Below are positions 58,763 to 64,000 of a DNA stretch of 64,000 bases, in pieces. The notes under the pieces are model-generated. The model was not told where the DNA came from, made no database searches, and worked only from the letters and a program-made list of their open reading frames with translations. The translations under genes and the position numbers were made by a program. Source of the DNA: Methylophilaceae bacterium (GTDB lineage: Bacteria > Pseudomonadota > Gammaproteobacteria > Burkholderiales > Methylophilaceae). Position 1 is the first letter of the stretch, and each line of letters opens with the position of its first letter. Where the stretch lies: contig RFPI01000001.1 of assembly GCA_009926205.1 (NCBI GenBank), forward strand, positions 328 to 64,327. Direction: 5' to 3'.

Positions 58763-59922
58763 TAGAGATGGCTTTCATCGGGTTCTGATGGGAGTGATTC
58801 CCATGCATTACAGGCGGGACACTGCCAATGGAAATGCCGTGCACGGAAACCACATTGCTCACAGCAATAAGCGCTGCGATTGCCGATCGCAGTTCTGACA
58901 GTTTGCAACATGGTATGCACTTCTGCATTCGCAGGTTGATTTAAAACGCGTGCTTTTAACAGATGCTCTAGTGTCTGCAAGCTGGGTTTGCGTTCCAAAT
59001 CTTGCAATGCCATAGACTCAGCAATCTGGCTACCTTGCTCATTCAGTGTGACATCAAACAATACATTAAATAATGAATGTAGCTTGTATTTATCAAAGTA
59101 GCCTTGCATCAATGCAATCCCCTCTGAGATTTGATTGAGCGCTTTATAACTATTCAGCATCTTAGGAGCGATCAGCGCAAGATAGCGGGGCTCTTGAAAC
59201 TCTATACGTTTCCATACCGAAATCGCGACTTTATGATCGCCGTCTGCAGCCTCCATATCGCCCAACATCATGTTGGCACGAACACAGTTTTTATTAGCGT
59301 CCAAGGCCATTTCTAATTGTTGTCTAGCGGTATGATTGTCATGCTCAATCACCGACTTAACGGCAAGCTCACAATAATATTGGGCAATTTCTTGACGGAA
59401 TGGGATGCCGGAAATACGCTCTAATTCAGTAGCAATGTTGATCGATTGTTGCCATTCCCGTTCGCGGGTGTAGATCTCTAAGAGCGCGCGCAAAGCGGCT
59501 TGTTGATATCGATCATCATTGAGTGTGACAAAGATTTCTTCTGCACGATCAAACAAACCGGCTTTTAAGTAGTCTTGTGCAAGCTCTGCACGCACAGCTA
59601 GTTTTTGCGCTGGGGCAAGCTCTTGTCTTTGCAATAAACTGAGGTGTAGATTAATGGCACGATCAATTTCGCCACTTCTACGGAATAAACTACCTAGGGC
59701 GAAATGTAGCTCTAATGACTCAGAATTGGCTTTCACCGCTTCAGAGAAAGCTTCAATGGCTTTATCTTGTTGGTCACTAATAAGAAAGTTTAGGCCACGA
59801 AAGTAAGCCGCAGGAAGGCTGGTGCTCTCCGATAATAACTGATGGATATCAACCCGCGCTGCTATCCAGCCGAGTGCAAAAAACAAGGGCAGTGCGATTA
59901 ACCACCAAAATTCAAATTCCAT
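58762..59922 (-). CDS. lapB: Lipopolysaccharide assembly protein LapB (YciM)
   Basis: It has an N-terminal TM helix (from ATG 59922, [15 protein letters not shown]), TPR repeats and a C-terminal rubredoxin-like CxxC...CPxC (CEQCGF...WQCPACNAW). Its stop overlaps the pyrF ATG by 1 nt. Confidence 0.88.
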   Translation of the reverse strand: MEFEFWWLIALPLFFALGWIAARVDIHQLLSESTSLPAAYFRGLNFLISDQQDKAIEAFSEAVKANSESLELHFALGSLFRRSGEIDRAINLHLSLLQRQELAPAQKLAVRAELAQDYLKAGLFDRAEEIFVTLNDDRYQQAALRALLEIYTREREWQQSINIATELERISGIPFRQEIAQYYCELAVKSVIEHDNHTARQQLEMALDANKNCVRANMMLGDMEAADGDHKVAISVWKRIEFQEPRYLALIAPKMLNSYKALNQISEGIALMQGYFDKYKLHSLFNVLFDVTLNEQGSQIAESMALQDLERKPSLQTLEHLLKARVLNQPANAEVHTMLQTVRTAIGNRSAYCCEQCGFRARHFHWQCPACNAWESLPSEPDESHL

Positions 59923-60034
59923 GCTGTTTCCTTGTAGCGGCTTGGATAATGCCACCTAATTTAGGGCAAACAAGATTTTACTTTTGTTAGTGCAAAAGGG
60001 CTAGTTTTCATCGGTTTGACCGATGATACGGAGC

Positions 60035-60067
60035 AAAAAAAAGCAGTTTCCGAAGAAACTGCTTTTT
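60035..60067 (-). terminator. Rho-independent terminator after ihfB
   Basis: GCAGTTTC-cgaa-GAAACTGC is flanked by an A run and a T run, so on the minus strand a T run follows the stem. Confidence 0.8.
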
Positions 60068-60086
60068 CAGACCTGCAACATGCGAG

Positions 60087-60371
60087 TTACTTAAGCTGAT
60101 CAACGCGCTCGCGCAACTCTTTGCCGGCTTTGAAATGCGGCACATGTTTACCAGGTACTTGCACTTTACTACCAGTTTTAGGGTTGCGTCCTACACGTGG
60201 CGGACGGAAGTTCAAACTAAAACTTCCGAAACCACGAATTTCGATACGCTTTCCTGACGCTAGGTTTGCCGTCATGGCTTCAAGGATTGCACGAACAGAG
60301 AGTTCTGCATCCTTGCCCATGAGTTGGGGAAACTTTGCGGTTAAATTTTGAATCAGCTCAGATTTCGTCAT
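60087..60371 (-). CDS. ihfB: Integration host factor subunit beta
   Basis: From ATG 60371 (MTKSELI) it is colinear with E. coli IhfB ([23 protein letters not shown]......VPHFK.GKELR). The TTG start at 60377 is less likely. Confidence 0.95.
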   Translation of the reverse strand: MTKSELIQNLTAKFPQLMGKDAELSVRAILEAMTANLASGKRIEIRGFGSFSLNFRPPRVGRNPKTGSKVQVPGKHVPHFKAGKELRERVDQLK

Positions 60372-60379
60372 GACCAACC

Positions 60380-62095
60380 TTATTCGTTGTTTTTGCTATC
60401 CAATTTGGCTTTTAACAAAGCGCCCAAGTTCGTAGTGCCAGCATTGGCAGCACTGTCAGCTTTGGCCTTAGGTGCAGCTTCAACTTGTTCACCTGCATCT
60501 TTTGCCTTAATGGATAAGCCAATTACGCGGTTTTTACGGTCTACATTGACGATTACAGCTTCAACACTGTCGCCTTCTTTCAATACTTCAGTTGCGTCAG
60601 ATACTTTCTCTTTAGAGATGTCAGCCGCTTTGATATAGCCTTCAACGTCTGTATCTAAAGTGACTGTCGCACCCTTAGCATCTACTGCTTTAACCGTGCC
60701 GGTCACAATCGCGCCTTTATCATTCATAGAAGTGTAGGCACTGAATGTGTCACCATCTAATTGCTTAACGCCAAGAGAGATACGCTCTTTCTCAACATCA
60801 ATGCTCAATACCACAGCAGTTAATTCATCACCTTTCTTGTAATTGCGGATGGCTTCTTCGCCAGCAACATTCCAAGACAAGTCTGATAAGTGCACTAAAC
60901 CGTCGATGCCACCTGGCAAGCCGATAAATACGCCGAAATCAGTAATCGATTTGATTTGACCAGTAACCTTGTCACCTTTTTTGTGCGCGCCAGCGAAGTC
61001 TTCCCATGGATTGGATTGACATTGCTTCATGCCCAAGGACAAGCGACGACGCTCTTCATCAATTTCCAAAATCATGACTTCAACTTCGTCACCTAACTGA
61101 GCAATCTTGCCTGGGTGAACGTTCTTGTTGGTCCAATCCATTTCAGAAACGTGTACCAAACCTTCTATGCCTGGTTCGATTTCAACGAAAGCACCGTAGT
61201 CAGTCAAGTTAGTCACTTTACCGAACAAACGAGTTTGTACTGGGTAACGACGGCTTAGGTTCACCCAAGGATCATCACCTAGTTGTTTGATGCCCAAAGA
61301 TACGCGGTTTTTGTCTTGATCAAATTTCAGGATCTTGGCTTCAACTTCTTCGCCTACAGTCAACACCTCAGATGGGTGCTTAACACGGCGCCATGCCAAG
61401 TCAGTAATATGCAACAAACCATCGATGCCGCCCAAGTCAACGAATGCACCGTAATCAGTGATGTTCTTCACAACACCTTTCACCACAGCGCCTTCTTTTA
61501 GGCTTTCCATCAAGGCTTCACGGTCTGTACCCATGCTGTCTTCAAGCACGGCACGACGAGATACGACAACGTTGTTACGTTTACGATCTAATTTGATAAC
61601 TTTGAAATCCCATTCTTTGTTTTCGTATGGGGTTGTGTCTTTCACTGGACGTAAGTCAACCAAAGAACCTGGTAAGAAAGCACGGATACCGTTGACCATC
61701 ACAGTCAAACCACCTTTAACGCGGCCATTGACCATACCCTTGATGATGCGGCCTTCGTTCATCGCTTCTTCCAAATCTAGCCATGCAGCGAGACGTTTTG
61801 CTTTTTCACGAGACAGTTTGGTAGAACCATAACCATCTTCTAGAGATTCAATACAAACTTTCACGAAGTCACCCACTTGGACTTCGACTTCGCCGCGGTC
61901 ATTCAAGAACTCGCTGGCGTCGATGACGCTCTCGGACTTCAGTCCAGCGTTCACCACTACAAAATCTGAGTCAATCGAAACAACTTCAGCGGTGATCACT
62001 TCACCGGAGCGCATTTCCTGACGTGACAAACTTTCTTCAAATAGTGCTGCAAAACTTTCGCCGTTATTGGCGCTAGAGGTTGATGCTTTAGCCAT
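60380..62095 (-). CDS. rpsA: 30S ribosomal protein S1
   Basis: 571 aa with six S1 (OB-fold) repeats (recurrent G.V...TD.GAFV.L.G.DGL.H.S). It keeps the cmk-rpsA-ihfB order. Confidence 0.97.
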   Translation of the reverse strand: MAKASTSSANNGESFAALFEESLSRQEMRSGEVITAEVVSIDSDFVVVNAGLKSESVIDASEFLNDRGEVEVQVGDFVKVCIESLEDGYGSTKLSREKAKRLAAWLDLEEAMNEGRIIKGMVNGRVKGGLTVMVNGIRAFLPGSLVDLRPVKDTTPYENKEWDFKVIKLDRKRNNVVVSRRAVLEDSMGTDREALMESLKEGAVVKGVVKNITDYGAFVDLGGIDGLLHITDLAWRRVKHPSEVLTVGEEVEAKILKFDQDKNRVSLGIKQLGDDPWVNLSRRYPVQTRLFGKVTNLTDYGAFVEIEPGIEGLVHVSEMDWTNKNVHPGKIAQLGDEVEVMILEIDEERRRLSLGMKQCQSNPWEDFAGAHKKGDKVTGQIKSITDFGVFIGLPGGIDGLVHLSDLSWNVAGEEAIRNYKKGDELTAVVLSIDVEKERISLGVKQLDGDTFSAYTSMNDKGAIVTGTVKAVDAKGATVTLDTDVEGYIKAADISKEKVSDATEVLKEGDSVEAVIVNVDRKNRVIGLSIKAKDAGEQVEAAPKAKADSAANAGTTNLGALLKAKLDSKNNE

Positions 62096-62229
62096 TAAAT
62101 TAGGTACCTAAAAAAATCCACTGCTTGAGGTGGTTCGCCTTTAGACGACCACAGTGGGTTGAGTTATAAAAGTTGCCGGTTTTGGGGCCTGCAACGCCAT
62201 TTCTATCGAATTTGATAGGAAAGGGCGAA

Positions 62230-62258
62230 ATTGTATCGCAAAAGCGAACGTGAAGTAA
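62230..62258 (-). promoter_or_regulatory. Candidate sigma-70 promoter of rpsA
   Basis: On the minus strand: TTACTT (62258-62253), a 17-nt spacer, then TACAAT (62235-62230). This would give a leader of about 125 nt. Confidence 0.35.
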
Positions 62259-62317
62259 GTGATTTTTTAGAAAAAATGTAAAAAAATGAGGAGATTAGTC
62301 AAAGGCAGATAAAAGAT

Positions 62318-62980
62318 TTAAATGCTTTTTTGATACCAATCTAAGACTTGAGCGACGGCCTGCTCGATATTCAACGTATCTGTATCTAATAAATGCGCAT
62401 CGGCGGCTTGTACAAGTGGTGAGGAACTGCGCTCACGGTCACGCTGATCGCGGGCTTGTAAGTCCTGTAAGATGGCTTGATAGTCTGCTGCCACCTTACA
62501 CTGGCTCAGTTGTTTGAAACGTCTATCAGCTCGCACTTCGGCACTAGCGGTCAGAAAAACTTTACATTGCGCATCGGGGAAGATCACTGTGCCCATATCT
62601 CGACCATCAGCGACCAGTCCAGGCAATTGTCTTAGACGGTGTTGCCAACTGACCAGCGCCTTGCGCACTTGCGGGTGCACAGCAACCTGTGAGGCGCCTT
62701 GGCTCATTTGCTCACTTCGCACTTGAGCACTGACCTCATGATTATTTAAAAAAATCTGCTCGCCATCGAAGTGGACATTTAGGTGAGGAACCAAATCGCC
62801 CAAGGCGCTGCCATCTTGCCAATCAATATCATGTTGAAGACCAGCAAGCGCAACCAAGCGATACAGTGCGCCAGAGTCTAGGTAATGAAAACCCAGCGTA
62901 TTGGCGACACGTTGTGCGACAGTCCCTTTGCCCGAAGCAGAGGGGCCATCGATAGTAATCACGGGAATATGATTCATCAT
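62318..62980 (-). CDS. cmk: (d)CMP kinase
   Basis: IDGPSASGKGT P-loop. The start is ATG 62980 or 62977, just after the aroA stop. The 63055 ORF extension overlaps aroA and is rejected. Confidence 0.92.
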   Translation of the reverse strand: MMNHIPVITIDGPSASGKGTVAQRVANTLGFHYLDSGALYRLVALAGLQHDIDWQDGSALGDLVPHLNVHFDGEQIFLNNHEVSAQVRSEQMSQGASQVAVHPQVRKALVSWQHRLRQLPGLVADGRDMGTVIFPDAQCKVFLTASAEVRADRRFKQLSQCKVAADYQAILQDLQARDQRDRERSSSPLVQAADAHLLDTDTLNIEQAVAQVLDWYQKSI

Positions 62981-62984
62981 CCGT

Positions 62985-64000
62985 TTAATCCTGACATACA
63001 CCGGCAAAGCGGGTGAAATAGTCAGGGAAAGTTTTAGCCACGCAGTCAGGGTCATTGATGCGAATAGGCACGCCGCCCAAGCTCACTAGAGAAAAGCACA
63101 TGGCCATGCGATGGTCATCATAAGTGTCGATAGCAGCATTGGGGGTGAGATTTGTCGGCGGTGTGATGCGGATAAAATCTGCGCCTTCCTCGACTTGTGC
63201 GCCCACTTTTCGCAGCTCAGTGGCCATAGCGCTGATACGATCAGTTTCTTTAACCCGCCAACTGGCGATATTACGCAGGGTGGTAGTCCCCTCTGCAAAC
63301 AGTGCCATGACCGCCAAGGTCATCGCAGCATCAGGAATATGATTGCAGTCTAAATCTAACGCTTTAAGTGGTTGATTGGCGGCTTTAACAATCACAGCGT
63401 TGTCAGCATATTCAATCTGCGCGCCCATTTTGGCGATTTCATCGACAAAGCGAATATCGCCCTGAATGCTATGTTGACTTACCCCTTCGATGCGAAGTCC
63501 GTCTCTGCCCGCAGCAATCGCACCAGCTGCTAAGAAATATGAGGCTGAGGAGGCATCACCCTCGACATACAACTGACCAGGGCTTTGATAGTGCAGCCCC
63601 GAGGACAAGCTAAAGCCTTGCATGTCGCCGTGCACTTGCACATCGACGCCAAATTGACGCATCAAATTTAAGGTAATCGCAATATAGGGTTTAGAGATCA
63701 GCTCTCCCTCCACCACGATTTCAGCGGCTTTGCCTGTCATAGGCAAGGCCATCAAAAGGGCGGTAAGGAACTGGCTAGAAACATTGCCGCGTATCGACAA
63801 TTTGAGGTGTTCTTTTAGTTGCGCTGGATGAATAGCCAAAGGAGGAAAGCCCGCTTGCTGCAGATAATCGATATGAGCGCCTGCTTGTAGTAGAGCATCG
63901 ACCAAGTCGCCAATAGGGCGCTCATGCATACGCGCTACACCCGTTAACTGATACTCACCTCCAGCAAAAGCTAGTGCTGCGGTAAGTGGGCGGAAGGCGG
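62985..64000 (-). CDS. aroA: 3-phosphoshikimate 1-carboxyvinyltransferase (5' end outside the window)
   Basis: The reading frame stays open upstream of the track's ATG (63929) to the window edge. [19 protein letters not shown] matches E. coli AroA LTGEPRMKERPIGHLVDAL, so only the C-terminal 338 or so codons are in the window. Confidence 0.93.
   Translation of the reverse strand, partial: AFRPLTAALAFAGGEYQLTGVARMHERPIGDLVDALLQAGAHIDYLQQAGFPPLAIHPAQLKEHLKLSIRGNVSSQFLTALLMALPMTGKAAEIVVEGELISKPYIAITLNLMRQFGVDVQVHGDMQGFSLSSGLHYQSPGQLYVEGDASSASYFLAAGAIAAGRDGLRIEGVSQHSIQGDIRFVDEIAKMGAQIEYADNAVIVKAANQPLKALDLDCNHIPDAAMTLAVMALFAEGTTTLRNIASWRVKETDRISAMATELRKVGAQVEEGADFIRITPPTNLTPNAAIDTYDDHRMAMCFSLVSLGGVPIRINDPDCVAKTFPDYFTRFAGVCQD

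Overview
This window looks like ordinary core chromosome of a moderate-GC proteobacterium. About 65 tightly packed, intact protein-coding genes sit on both strands. I found no rRNA, tRNA, CRISPR array, transposase/IS element, integrase or long repeat. The gene content suggests a betaproteobacterial methylotroph of the Methylophilaceae type, but that is inference only. The supporting observations are gnd-zwf opposite pgl (the oxidative RuMP/pentose-phosphate branch), E. coli/Pseudomonas-like synteny blocks, and a GC content judged only by eye.

Main blocks, in order:
- MBL hydrolase, bamC and dapA.
- rnf/rsxABCDGE-nth.
- nadB divergent from rpoE-rseA-rseB-rseC-degP, followed by lepA-lepB-rnc-era-recO-pdxJ-acpS-tcdA.
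- An AlkB-type dioxygenase with atypical codon usage.
- htpG.
- glgP, a thermonuclease, a YkuD-fold protein, two Opp/Dpp-type permeases and nagZ.
- A BI-1/YccA family gene, then tadA and nnrD.
- A LysR regulator divergent from pirin-YceI-OYE-nitroreductase-thioredoxin.
- An orphan XRE regulator, then nlpD-pcm-surE.
- alaA-like aminotransferase, hom-thrC and thyA-folA.
- A biodegradative-type decarboxylase with dcd-zwf-gnd, opposite pgl.
- apbC, metG and comEA.
- pyrF-lapB, ihfB-rpsA-cmk-aroA (aroA runs off the window edge).

I do not see a convincing new multi-gene system such as a defence island, toxin-antitoxin pair or mobile element. The most unusual items are:
- A translationally coupled YkuD / orphan ABC permease pair / NagZ block, a candidate muropeptide recycling module.
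- Two small, compositionally atypical single-gene insertions: the AlkB-like gene, and the XRE regulator that overlaps nlpD tail-to-tail.
- A histone-H1-like basic tail on GlgP.
- Three sigma-32-type promoter candidates.
- A perfect LysR-type palindrome in front of a redox/electrophile detox operon.

All functional calls come from recognising conserved motifs and remembered homologues. No database search was run.
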